64,000 nucleotides of DNA from an uncultured Rhodothermales bacterium (lineage in GTDB: Bacteria; Bacteroidota; Rhodothermia; Rhodothermales; VXPQ01). Positions 23,201 through 32,277 of this stretch are shown in pieces. Under the pieces are notes generated by a model. That model saw only the letters and a list, made by a program, of their open reading frames with translations, was not told the DNA's origin and ran no database searches. Numbering within the stretch: position 1 is the stretch's first letter; each line of letters starts with the position of its first letter. The stretch covers positions 1,401 to 65,400 of the forward strand of contig CBFGRV010000012.1 of the NCBI GenBank assembly GCA_965651265.1, in the 5' to 3' direction. A program made the translations under genes and the position numbers.

Positions 23201-24835
23201 ATGTCTGTCGATGCTTCGTTCGAAAAGCGTATGAGTGCCTTTCGATCGCTGCTCGAACGCATGGAGGAGCGCGCCACCCAGATACGACTGGGGGGCGGTG
23301 AGCGGCGCATTCAGCGCGAGCACGATCGCGGAAAGATGACCGCCCGCGAACGTATCGCGGCACTGGTGGACGATCCCTCGGAATTTCGAGAGCTCGGGTT
23401 GTTTGCGGGCTTTGACATGTATGAAGAGCAAGGTGGATGCCCCGCTGCGGGCACGGTCGTAGGGATTGGGAGAGTCAGCGGTAGGCTCTGCATCATCGTC
23501 GCCAACGACGCGACGGTCAAGGCGGGCGCGTGGTTTCCAATCACCGCCAAGAAGAACATCCGCGCGCAGGAAATCGCCCTGGAGAACCACATCCCCATCA
23601 TTTACCTCGTCGACTCTGCCGGTGTCTATCTGCCGATGCAGGACGAGATCTTTCCCGACAAGGACCACTTTGGCCGAATCTTCCGCAACAACGCCATCTT
23701 ATCAAGCCGCGGAATTCCGCAAATTGCGGCCATTATGGGGAGTTGTGTCGCAGGTGGGGCGTATTTGCCCATCATGAGCGACGAAGCGCTCATCGTGGAG
23801 GGAACCGGATCGGTGTTCCTGGCGGGGCCCTATCTCGTAAAGGCGGCCATCGGCGAGGAGGTGGACGCCGAAACCCTGGGTGGCGCGACGACACATTCGA
23901 GCATCTCGGGTGTCACCGACTACAAGCTGCCTGATGACGAGAGCTGCCTACGGAAAATACGCGAGCTGATGTCGCATATCGCCGAGCGACGCCGGTTCGG
24001 TTTTGATCGAGAAGAGGCACATCCGCCTGCCTTCACATCCGAAGAGTTGTTGGGCATCGTGCCCACCGAGAGCAATCAACCCTATGACATGCGAGATGTC
24101 ATCGCCCGGCTGATCGACGCAGGCTCGTGGACGGAGTACAAGGCGGAGTACGGCAAGACGATCCTCACCGGATTTGCACGGATCGATGGGTGGAGTGTGG
24201 GGATCGTCGCCAATCAGCGAGCGATCGTGCGCAACGGGCGCGGGGAGATGCAGGTCGGTGGCGTAATCTATTCCGATTCGGCCGACAAGGCAGCACGCTT
24301 CATCATGAACTGCAATCAGAAGCGCGTTCCGCTTCTTTTTCTGCAGGATGTGACCGGATTCATGGTCGGAAAGCGGGCTGAGCAGGGTGGCATCATCAAG
24401 GACGGAGCCAAGATGGTGAATGCCGTGGCGAACTCCGTCGTGCCGAAGTTCACCATCATCATCGGGAATTCCTACGGCGCTGGAAATTATGCGATGTGCG
24501 GTCGAGCCTACGACCCGCGGCTGATCTTTGCCTGGCCGACGGCTAAGATCGCCGTGATGGGTGGGCAGCAGGCAGCGATGACGCTCTTGCAGATACAGGT
24601 CGAAGCGCTGAAGAAGAGAGGAAAGGAGTTGTCCGAGTCGGAGCGAGACGCCCTACTCTCGTCGATCGAGGCGCGATACGAGCAGCAAACGACGCCATAC
24701 TATGCGGCGGCTCGCCTCTGGGTGGACGACATCATCGACCCGCTCCAGACCCGAGATTGGATCAGTCTGGGCATCGAGATGGCAGACCACAACCCGGAGA
24801 TTCAGCACTTCAATCCGGGCGTGATCCAAGTCTAA
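23201..24835 (+). CDS. Acyl-CoA carboxylase carboxyltransferase (beta) subunit, methylcrotonyl/propionyl-CoA carboxylase type
   Basis: Carboxyl-transferase family sequence (GGGERRIQREHDRGKMTARERI, ANDATVKAGAW, MGSCVAGGAY, LFLQDVTGFMVG). I moved the start to the ATG at 23201 because the track start at 23132 lies inside the upstream terminator hairpin. Confidence 0.85.
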   Translation: MSVDASFEKRMSAFRSLLERMEERATQIRLGGGERRIQREHDRGKMTARERIAALVDDPSEFRELGLFAGFDMYEEQGGCPAAGTVVGIGRVSGRLCIIVANDATVKAGAWFPITAKKNIRAQEIALENHIPIIYLVDSAGVYLPMQDEIFPDKDHFGRIFRNNAILSSRGIPQIAAIMGSCVAGGAYLPIMSDEALIVEGTGSVFLAGPYLVKAAIGEEVDAETLGGATTHSSISGVTDYKLPDDESCLRKIRELMSHIAERRRFGFDREEAHPPAFTSEELLGIVPTESNQPYDMRDVIARLIDAGSWTEYKAEYGKTILTGFARIDGWSVGIVANQRAIVRNGRGEMQVGGVIYSDSADKAARFIMNCNQKRVPLLFLQDVTGFMVGKRAEQGGIIKDGAKMVNAVANSVVPKFTIIIGNSYGAGNYAMCGRAYDPRLIFAWPTAKIAVMGGQQAAMTLLQIQVEALKKRGKELSESERDALLSSIEARYEQQTTPYYAAARLWVDDIIDPLQTRDWISLGIEMADHNPEIQHFNPGVIQV

Positions 24836-24859
24836 TGCCGGGTAGAGGCCGTCGGCGCG

Positions 24860-25348
24860 TTACTGGCCGGGAATACCTCGATTTTCCGGCTGCTCCAGCT
24901 CCTCAGCGGTCCAGGGATTTCGTCGATCCTCGACCAGCTGCCGCACTGCGGCAACTTCCTCAGCCGTCACGGCGGTGGCGTCATTGTCCCACGATGAACG
25001 AACGTAGGTGAGCAGAGATGCAGCCTCTTCATCCGTGAGAAACGTCTGCCACGGCGGCATCGCGCCACTATAGCGTTCGCCGTTCACCTCGAGTGGTCCC
25101 GTCATCCCGTTGAGAACGATTCGGATGAGTACTCCCTTGTCGTCATTAACCCACTCGGAGCCCGACAGGGACGGAAAGACGCCCGGCACACCGCGCCCGT
25201 TCATTTGATGACATGACATGCACCGCGTCATGTACAGCTCGGCACCGTCTTGGGCGACGGCCCCAGAGGCCGTCAACATTGCGGTTCCGCAGGTCAGAAG
25301 GAAAAGGGTCAGAACGGACCGATGCAGCGACCCCTTGAAATTCCACAT
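24860..25348 (-). CDS. Secreted class I c-type cytochrome
   Basis: Signal peptide, a single CMSCH haem motif and a distal Met candidate in GAMPPW. Starts 4 nt after the stop of the upstream dehydrogenase fusion. Confidence 0.85.
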   Translation of the reverse strand: MWNFKGSLHRSVLTLFLLTCGTAMLTASGAVAQDGAELYMTRCMSCHQMNGRGVPGVFPSLSGSEWVNDDKGVLIRIVLNGMTGPLEVNGERYSGAMPPWQTFLTDEEAASLLTYVRSSWDNDATAVTAEEVAAVRQLVEDRRNPWTAEELEQPENRGIPGQ

Positions 25349-25352
25349 GCCA

Positions 25353-28340
25353 CTACTCCGATGAACTGGTTGACTCGGAAGCAGGAATCCAACGGTATCG
25401 GCTCACGCGTGCATTGGGACCGGCGTCCCAGAAGCCGTCAAATTCCGCCACGTAGACGCTACCGTCCGGGCCCAGTTCCATCGAGATGGGGGCGGTAATG
25501 GTGAGTTGATCGAACGTCTTGATGTCGTGCAAGCGTTTTGCCGGGATGCGCAAGTTTAGCGGCGTGTTCTTGACACTGTTCTCTACATCGCTCTCGAAGA
25601 TGCCATCCTCGACGCTTGCCCACTTGATCCATCGCCGAGCCCAATCGAAGATGAACAGGCGATCCTGGAATACGTCCGGGAATGCACCTGAGCCATCATG
25701 GCGGTAGATGGGGCCCATGGTGGCCGAGCGCCCGCCAGACTCATACGTGTACTCCCACATGGGAGGCACGTAGTCCGGAATATGCTCGGGCCGGATCTCA
25801 TTGTAGAAAAGCCGTCCAATCGAGCGTGGCCAGCCGAAGTTCTCGCCACCGTTTTCGGAGATATTATACTCGTCATAATCATAGACGGCGTCGGGTCCGA
25901 CGACGGCGATGTAGAGGTTGCCGTTCTCCGGGTCGACCTTAAAACGGTATGGATTCCGGAGGCCGTAGGCGTAGATTTCCCACCGGACGCCGGGCTCCCC
26001 GAAGAACGGATTGTCTTTCGGGATCGAGCCGTCTTTGTTGATGCGCAGGATCTTTCCGCGCAGATCCTGAAGGTTTTGTGCCGACCGCTCGGAATCGACC
26101 AGGCGTGACCAGTGATAGTCTTTCAGGTCGTTCCGCTCGAGGAATGCCGAAATCTCCTCCTCTGTGAGCTCCCAGCCGGGTTGAGTTTCCGACATCCCCG
26201 TATCCCCCGTTGAGAGATAAAGCGTCCCATCCGGCCCCCACTCGAGGTCGCCTGCTTGATGACAGCATTGCGGTTCGGTGGGCACGCGAAGTAGGACCTG
26301 TTCGGAGGAGAGGTCGAGTTGCCCATTTCTGAATTCGAACCGGGACAGCGTGTTGATGAACGTGACCGGCTCGGCGTAATACAGGTAGACGTACGGCTCG
26401 CCGTCGTAGAAATTCGGGTCGACTTCGATGCCGTAGAGCCCGTGCTCGATCTTGAAGGGATCGGTCGTTTCTATGTGAGCAATCTGCCGGGTCTCGCCCG
26501 TCGAGGCATCGTATAGATGCACTTTTCCGCGGAGTTCGGCGATCCAGACATTTCCGCGCTCGTCGATAGCAATATCATCCGGCCAGACGTTCTCCGACAG
26601 GATCTCGTAGGATCTCGTGCGGATTTCCGGCATCTCGATCCGTCCAGCGGCCATCCGCATACCCTGCAGAAGATGAGTCATGAAGGATGGCGTCGTCCAC
26701 ACGTCATCGAAGTGGCCGAGCTTCGTATAGAATACCCGGCCGCCATCGTGCTCTCGTATCCAGGAAATCGGATAATCGTTCGCGGTGAAGTCCGCCGGCC
26801 CCTCATCGATGCCGACGCTGCTCATATCGAGGGAAGCAAGTACGTGAGAGTTCCACCGAGGATTGGCGTCGAGCACGTAAATTTCGTCACGAATCCAGAA
26901 GCTGTCGCCGAAATGGGCAACGGTTGGATCGTCCGGCTCCTCGACGAGAATCCGCACGCTCTGAGTCCACGGGTGTTCGCGGAACAGGCCGCCGCCAACC
27001 ATCTCGCGATACCAGTTCCACTGATAGAAGGCATCCAGGCCGGCATGGGCCCCCACGATGCCCTTTCCAGAGCGCAGGAAGTTCTGAACGGCCGTGCGCT
27101 GCGCCTCTGTGACGCCGCCGGCGGTGCCCTGCGTCGGGGCGGCGTTTGTCCGCTCCGCGACGACATCCGTGCTGCCCAGATCGGCGGTCCAGCGGCTCGT
27201 GAAGCGGCTATCGGTGAGTTGTCCCTCTACGCGGATCGTGCCGTAGCCCTCCGCTGGAAAGCTGAAACTCAGGGAAGGCTGGGAATAGACGATATTCTCC
27301 AGAGGGATAGCCGGCGCTCCCGATCCGAACTGCACACTGCCGCCTGGTGTTGCGTCCAGGCCTGTGAACGTCATTGTGCCCGAAACCGGACCGGAGGGAG
27401 TTTGCACCGTGAATTGGTAGGTGGGGTCTTGCGACTCCGTGGCACCGGCTTCCTCTACGTTGCCTTCTACGCGAAGTGTCGAGTTGGCGAAGAAGAGCAA
27501 GTCATATTTAGCCAGGTTCTCGTCGTTGAGCTGTGTGAGGTCTTCCGTGATATCAAATTCGAACTCCGTCGTCGCGCCGATCTCAGGCAAGATCTTGTGG
27601 ATGGTCTCGATGGACTGATGGCGATATCCGTGAGTAGTCGTGACCACGAGCACGTTGATCGGCTCGCGAGGTTCACTCACCGCGACGTATTCGGCCAGGC
27701 TGTTGTACGTGGTACCGGGTGCCGTGGGCAGGACGCGAATGTTGCGAAACCAGACTCGTGACGCATCATCATGGTTCTGGAGGCCTACGTAGCCCTCGAG
27801 TGACCGATCTCCGAAGAAGTCATTGACCTTTTCGCCATTCAGGAAAATCTGGTAGTGCTGACCGGCTACCTCGATTCGATACGTATTCCACTCTCCTGCG
27901 GGTTTGGAAGCGAGCCGAAACGGCGCCGAGAAGTCGTAAATGGCACCCGTTTGGTGTACCGGATCCTGGCCGTTGTCGATCTGAATCTCATAGCCGGTGT
28001 TGACGGCGTACCACGGATCGGGCGCATCAGGGAATCGAACGAACACGCCCGAGTTCGTGCTATCGGTCTCAACCTTCCATTCCAGCTCGAGGATGAAATC
28101 CTTGAACTGCCGATCGGCATAGTAAAACAGTCCCATGCCGCCATGGCTGAGCATGCTGCCGTCGGCCTCGAGGCTGAAACTGCCGGGACCAGACATCTGC
28201 CAGCCGTCGAAATTCGTTCCATCGAAAAGCGTGATCCACTGATCGCCGCCCACCGTTGTCGTTTCGCGAGGGCCGGAGCATCCGGCGAGCACGGAGCCAG
28301 TGAGAAACAGGCAAAATGTGGCGAGATAAACCCTTTTCAT
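25353..28340 (-). CDS. Lipoprotein fusion: DUF1080 (3-keto-disaccharide hydrolase-like) + ThuA-like + PQQ-type glucose/sorbosone dehydrogenase beta-propeller
   Basis: Lipobox MKRVYLATFCLFLTGSVLAGC, so the ATG at 28340 is preferred. DUF1080-like region: DGWQMSGPGSF...FILELEWKV...NSGVFVRF...YEIQIDN...GLQNH. ThuA-like region: INVLVVTTTHGYRHQSI...DLLFFANST ... GIVGAHAG...REHP...ISWIREHDGGRVFYTKLGH. Propeller region: IAIDERGNVWIAE...HGLYGIEVDP...GDLEWGPDGTLYLSTGD...GKILRI..DGSIP.DNPF...YAYGLRNPYRF. Confidence 0.8.
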   Translation of the reverse strand: MKRVYLATFCLFLTGSVLAGCSGPRETTTVGGDQWITLFDGTNFDGWQMSGPGSFSLEADGSMLSHGGMGLFYYADRQFKDFILELEWKVETDSTNSGVFVRFPDAPDPWYAVNTGYEIQIDNGQDPVHQTGAIYDFSAPFRLASKPAGEWNTYRIEVAGQHYQIFLNGEKVNDFFGDRSLEGYVGLQNHDDASRVWFRNIRVLPTAPGTTYNSLAEYVAVSEPREPINVLVVTTTHGYRHQSIETIHKILPEIGATTEFEFDITEDLTQLNDENLAKYDLLFFANSTLRVEGNVEEAGATESQDPTYQFTVQTPSGPVSGTMTFTGLDATPGGSVQFGSGAPAIPLENIVYSQPSLSFSFPAEGYGTIRVEGQLTDSRFTSRWTADLGSTDVVAERTNAAPTQGTAGGVTEAQRTAVQNFLRSGKGIVGAHAGLDAFYQWNWYREMVGGGLFREHPWTQSVRILVEEPDDPTVAHFGDSFWIRDEIYVLDANPRWNSHVLASLDMSSVGIDEGPADFTANDYPISWIREHDGGRVFYTKLGHFDDVWTTPSFMTHLLQGMRMAAGRIEMPEIRTRSYEILSENVWPDDIAIDERGNVWIAELRGKVHLYDASTGETRQIAHIETTDPFKIEHGLYGIEVDPNFYDGEPYVYLYYAEPVTFINTLSRFEFRNGQLDLSSEQVLLRVPTEPQCCHQAGDLEWGPDGTLYLSTGDTGMSETQPGWELTEEEISAFLERNDLKDYHWSRLVDSERSAQNLQDLRGKILRINKDGSIPKDNPFFGEPGVRWEIYAYGLRNPYRFKVDPENGNLYIAVVGPDAVYDYDEYNISENGGENFGWPRSIGRLFYNEIRPEHIPDYVPPMWEYTYESGGRSATMGPIYRHDGSGAFPDVFQDRLFIFDWARRWIKWASVEDGIFESDVENSVKNTPLNLRIPAKRLHDIKTFDQLTITAPISMELGPDGSVYVAEFDGFWDAGPNARVSRYRWIPASESTSSSE

Positions 28341-28393
28341 AACGCAACAATTCAGCTGCGGCGTTCGACGAACTTCCATGGGGCCGGCCCCGG

Positions 28394-29278
28394 TCACTCC
28401 TGGATGAAGCCGGCATATCCGGCATGCTGGAGGGCCGTTTCGAGGCCGCCCTCCATCTGGACCGGTTCGACGGAGCCGTTCCCATCGACATCGACGCCCT
28501 TCAGCGCCTTTTCGAGGAGGGCGGTCATCGCAGCCGCATGCTCTCGCGCCAGGTCGAGGTCCGTTCCATAGTCGGTCTTGAGGATATTGAGCGCCTGCGC
28601 GTAGGCCTCGAAGAGCCAGCCGGTGTCAGCTGTGGACATCCAGAACTCGATGGGCGCATCCCATTCACGGGTGAGGTCGACGCGGGGTTGCCGCTCGGCT
28701 TTGGTTACGCCATCGTCCATCTTCATCCAACCGATGACATTGTTGAGAGATGTGATGATGTGCTCGCCATGCGTACGAACGGACTCTGAAGCGGAGCCGT
28801 CCTCCAGGTGGTTCTCGATGAGGAGGCGGACGTGCCGCCCACGCCCAACGATCCCGAGTTGAGATGGATCTGTGACCTCGGGCGGTCCGGATTCATAACG
28901 GGCAGCGAACGCCGTGTCAAAGTCGGCGGGGGTGACCTGCCAGCGAGTTTTCCATCCGTGGACCTGTTCGGCTCCGCGCGCGCGCGGGTCGGCAAGACCT
29001 GAAGGCAGGCCCCACACAGTCCTGAAGACGGCATCCGCGTGCATCTTCAATTGCGGTAGATCGGGAGCCGTCTCAGCCTTTCGGCTGGCCTCGAGGGCCT
29101 GTTGGGCTAGTTCTCGAATTTCGTTCAGGTAGGTGCCGATCTCACTAGACTGAGCGAAGGAGAGAATCGGCGTGCCGCCAGCGAACAACATCAAGAACAT
29201 CGAGGCGACGACCAGGCGACGATCGACGGCTCTCGAGAACGAGCTACGGCGAGAGCGGCGGTGGAGTTCAGACATCAA
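28394..29278 (-). CDS. Secreted hypothetical protein (294 aa), first gene of the oxidoreductase operon
   Basis: N-terminal signal sequence (LVVASMFLMLFAGGTPILSFAQS). The rest looks mostly helical with no recognised domain. It sits 53 nt upstream of the lipoprotein fusion on the same strand. Confidence 0.55.
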   Translation of the reverse strand: MMSELHRRSRRSSFSRAVDRRLVVASMFLMLFAGGTPILSFAQSSEIGTYLNEIRELAQQALEASRKAETAPDLPQLKMHADAVFRTVWGLPSGLADPRARGAEQVHGWKTRWQVTPADFDTAFAARYESGPPEVTDPSQLGIVGRGRHVRLLIENHLEDGSASESVRTHGEHIITSLNNVIGWMKMDDGVTKAERQPRVDLTREWDAPIEFWMSTADTGWLFEAYAQALNILKTDYGTDLDLAREHAAAMTALLEKALKGVDVDGNGSVEPVQMEGGLETALQHAGYAGFIQE

Positions 29279-29393
29279 CGTCCAGTTGTTTTTTTGAACA
29301 AACGCTCAAGGTACTCAAAGGCGAATTACTTCGTCTACTCAATATTGCGACTCGAGCGAACACGCAGTAGCGCGAGGAGGGGGGTCATGCGAT

Positions 29394-30140
29394 TCAAAAT
29401 GCGTACTCTCCACTCTCGTCACCCCATTCCGTTATGGGGAATCGGTCGCGTGCCCTTTGGAGGTCTGTGCTCGAGAGATCTGGAGGAAGGTGTACAAGCA
29501 GGAGTCGGCCAACTCGGGCACGTTTGGCGATTTCGGCAGCCTGCTCGGCCGAGGAGTGTCCTGGTCCCTCGCCGGTGGCCTCATGCACCAGGATGTCGGC
29601 GTCCTTTGCGAGCGACTCGATCGGCGCGTACGGCTCCGTGTCGCACGAGTAGGCGACGGTACCGTTCGTCGACTTGGCCGTGACCCGCAGGCCTATTACC
29701 GGGACCGCATGCTTTCCCGGCGAAGCCACGATGTTCCAGGCCTCACTATCGAGTACAGTGGAATATTCCTCGTGATGGACCACTCGCCAGTCGATCTCAG
29801 GCAGCCCATCCCACCGCGAGGTATCGAAGGTTTCGAAGCATCTCCGGGCCTGGTCGAGCGCAGGCTCGATGCCATAGACGGATATCGGACGCCGGCGGCC
29901 GGCCAGCCAGATTTTTTCCATGAAGAGCGGGAAGCCGCTCACATGATCGGGATGCTCGTGGGTGATGATGAGAGCGGCGATCGAATCCAGCTCAATCCCC
30001 GCGTAGATGGCCCGTTGGATGACGTCGCCTCCGCAGTCCACCAGGATGGTCTCCGCATTTGAGGCGAACGCGAGCATGGTCGTGGTGCGATGGGGCTCGC
30101 TAAGAGCGGCCCCCGTACCGAGCAGATGGAGCGTCGGCAT
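29394..30140 (-). CDS. MBL-fold metallo-hydrolase
   Basis: 248 aa with the THEHPDH (HxHxDH) motif and a later ...VHEAT.. histidine. Starts 2 nt after the polyprenyl synthase stop. Confidence 0.8.
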   Translation of the reverse strand: MPTLHLLGTGAALSEPHRTTTMLAFASNAETILVDCGGDVIQRAIYAGIELDSIAALIITHEHPDHVSGFPLFMEKIWLAGRRRPISVYGIEPALDQARRCFETFDTSRWDGLPEIDWRVVHHEEYSTVLDSEAWNIVASPGKHAVPVIGLRVTAKSTNGTVAYSCDTEPYAPIESLAKDADILVHEATGEGPGHSSAEQAAEIAKRARVGRLLLVHLPPDLSSTDLQRARDRFPITEWGDESGEYAF

Positions 30141-30142
30141 CG

Positions 30143-31231
30143 CTATTTGCTGCGACTTACCGTGTAGGCAACGAGGTCGAGGAGCGCATCGCGTGGAGTC
30201 GTCGGCGGGAACGCTTCGAGGAGGCGCCGGGCTTCGTCGGCGTACTCGTGCATCTTGCTACGAGTGTAGGCGATGCCGCCGTGCTCCTCGACGAATCGTG
30301 CCACCTCGCGGACGTCGTCCCGGCTCTTCTTCTGCTTTCGAACGATGGCCAGGATCCGGCGGCGATCCTTGCCGGAGGCCTCGCGCAGTGCGTGGATGAG
30401 CGGCAAGGTCATCTTCTTTTCCTGAAGGTCAATGCCGATCGGCTTCCCGACGTCCTCTACGCCAAAATCAAAAAGGTCATCCCGAATCTGAAAGGCCAGG
30501 CCCAGCCGTTCGCCGATCTGGCCGAGACGATCGATGATCTCCTCATCGCTTGTTGCACTGACGGCGCCGCAAGCCGTGCACGCGGCGATCAGAGATGCAG
30601 TCTTGTCGGAGATGATCCGGAAGTACGTCGCCTCGTCGATATCCAGGTGTCGTGATTTCTCGATCTGCAGGAGCTCCCCTTCGCTCATCCGGCGCACGGC
30701 ATCCGAAAGCACGTGCAACAGCTTGTAATCGTGATACTCGAGAGACAGGAGCAGGCCCCTGCTAAGGAGGAAATCGCCGAAGAGTACGGCTACTTTGTTC
30801 TTCCACAGGGCGTTGATGGAGAAGACCCCGCGCCGCCGGTCGGCCATATCGACGACGTCGTCGTGAACGAGCGTGGCCGTGTGCATGAGCTCAACGAGCG
30901 CAGCCGCGCGGTACGTGGACTCCTGAATTCCGCCGCAGAGTTTCGCCGAAAGGAGGACGAGAGTCGGTCGGATTTCCTTGCCTTTTTGCCGGAGGACGTA
31001 CTGGGTAATCTTATCCAGCAGGCCGACATCCGAGCGTACCGACTCGCGGAAATAGCGGCGGAAGATCTTGAGTTCGTCGCTCACGACGTCGCGGATCTCT
31101 CGGAGGGAGGTGGGCCTTTCCTGCCAAGCAGTCTGCTGGTCCTGACCGTCTGCCGCGAGGGCCTCCGCGTCTGGCATGTGATACCGTGTCTGAGCGAATC
31201 GTGGGGTGCTTTGCGTATACGCCGCCTTCAT
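30143..31231 (-). CDS. ispB: Long-chain polyprenyl diphosphate synthase (IspB-like)
   Basis: First and second Asp-rich motifs LVHDDVVDMADRRRG and FQIRDDLFD. The ATG at 31231 overlaps the permease stop as TGATG. Confidence 0.85.
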   Translation of the reverse strand: MKAAYTQSTPRFAQTRYHMPDAEALAADGQDQQTAWQERPTSLREIRDVVSDELKIFRRYFRESVRSDVGLLDKITQYVLRQKGKEIRPTLVLLSAKLCGGIQESTYRAAALVELMHTATLVHDDVVDMADRRRGVFSINALWKNKVAVLFGDFLLSRGLLLSLEYHDYKLLHVLSDAVRRMSEGELLQIEKSRHLDIDEATYFRIISDKTASLIAACTACGAVSATSDEEIIDRLGQIGERLGLAFQIRDDLFDFGVEDVGKPIGIDLQEKKMTLPLIHALREASGKDRRRILAIVRKQKKSRDDVREVARFVEEHGGIAYTRSKMHEYADEARRLLEAFPPTTPRDALLDLVAYTVSRSK

Positions 31232-32277
31232 CAAGATGTTTGAAACCGATAATGACGCCGGCGGAGCAGAACCAGAAAGAAGGGTACTCCGCAAAGCGCG
31301 GTGATGGCGCCGACGGGGAGCTCCTGGGCCGGCAGTAGGCTGCGCGCTACGATGTCGGCCCAGATCATGAAGACGGCGCCCAGGAGGAGGCTACCCGGAA
31401 GCAGGCGTCGGTGGGTCACTCCGGTGAAAAAGCGTACGATATGGGGGATTATCAACCCCACAAACCCGATCGCCCCCGACGTTGCCACGAGAATGCCCGT
31501 GACCAGGGCCGCGAGGCCGATCAGGAGGCGCTTCAGGGCCTCGGTTGGAATGCCGAGACTGAACGCCGGCTCCTCGCCGAGTAGCATCGCGTCGAGAGAG
31601 CGGCTCATGGCGAGCAGTACGACGAACCCCAACCCGGCCACCAGCGCAGGCAACGGCACCATCGACCAACGCGCGCCGCTCAAGGAGCCCTGTAGCCAGA
31701 ATAACACGGCACGCAGCTTGTCAGGCTCGGGGGAGGCGAACGTCACCAGCGCGGTGATGGCGCCCATCAGGGCCGCCATGGCGACACCCGCCAGCAGCAG
31801 CCTTGCCACGGATACAGTGGAGCCGCTTCGAGCCACGAGATAGACGATAGAGATCGCGAGCAGGCCGCCGACAAATGCGGCCAGCGGCATTGAGATGGCG
31901 CGGGAGATCAGCGGAGGGAGGAATCCCAGGTAGAAGAGGGATGCACCGGCGGCGGCGCCGCCCGAGATGCCAAGGATGTACGGCTCGGCAAGCGGATTGC
32001 GAACAAGGGTTTGCATGGCCACACCGATAATGGCGAGACCCCCGCCGACGATGCCGGCAAGAAGAACGCGAGGTAATCGAAGGCGCCAGACGATGGCGTC
32101 GATCACGGCATCCGAGGAGCCGGTGCCGAATCCAAGCCGATGCGCGACGGCCGCAGCGACATCGCCCCAGGGGAGTCGCTCGCTCCCAATCAGCAGGCCC
32201 GCCGCCATGGAGAGCAAAAGCAGAAGCGCCAGAGCCAGGCCGATCCCGATATTGCTCCAACGAATCGAGAGCATCAC
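31231..32277 (-). CDS. FecCD/BtuC-family ABC transporter permease (iron-complex/cobalamin type)
   Basis: 348 aa, roughly 9-10 hydrophobic helices, family motifs (AEPYILGISGGAA, RRLLPGS...GA). 4-bp overlap with the upstream binding-protein gene. Confidence 0.88.
   Translation of the reverse strand: MMLSIRWSNIGIGLALALLLLLSMAAGLLIGSERLPWGDVAAAVAHRLGFGTGSSDAVIDAIVWRLRLPRVLLAGIVGGGLAIIGVAMQTLVRNPLAEPYILGISGGAAAGASLFYLGFLPPLISRAISMPLAAFVGGLLAISIVYLVARSGSTVSVARLLLAGVAMAALMGAITALVTFASPEPDKLRAVLFWLQGSLSGARWSMVPLPALVAGLGFVVLLAMSRSLDAMLLGEEPAFSLGIPTEALKRLLIGLAALVTGILVATSGAIGFVGLIIPHIVRFFTGVTHRRLLPGSLLLGAVFMIWADIVARSLLPAQELPVGAITALCGVPFFLVLLRRRHYRFQTS

Noticed and set aside
26517-27761. 414-aa ORF on the plus strand
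   Set aside because: It is antisense to the DUF1080-ThuA-propeller gene, which carries clear family motifs. The ORF has no motifs and an Arg-rich composition.
28341-28397. Longer N-terminus of the fusion protein, overlapping the upstream gene's stop
   Set aside because: The internal ATG at 28340 yields a canonical lipoprotein signal (LAGC). The extra 19 residues (MTGAGPMEVRRTPQLNCCV) look non-coding.
28457-28492. EF-hand-like loop DVDGNGSVEPVQ in the secreted hypothetical protein
   Set aside because: Position 12 is Gln rather than the required Glu/Asp, and no flanking helix-loop-helix pair is evident. I do not call it a calcium site.
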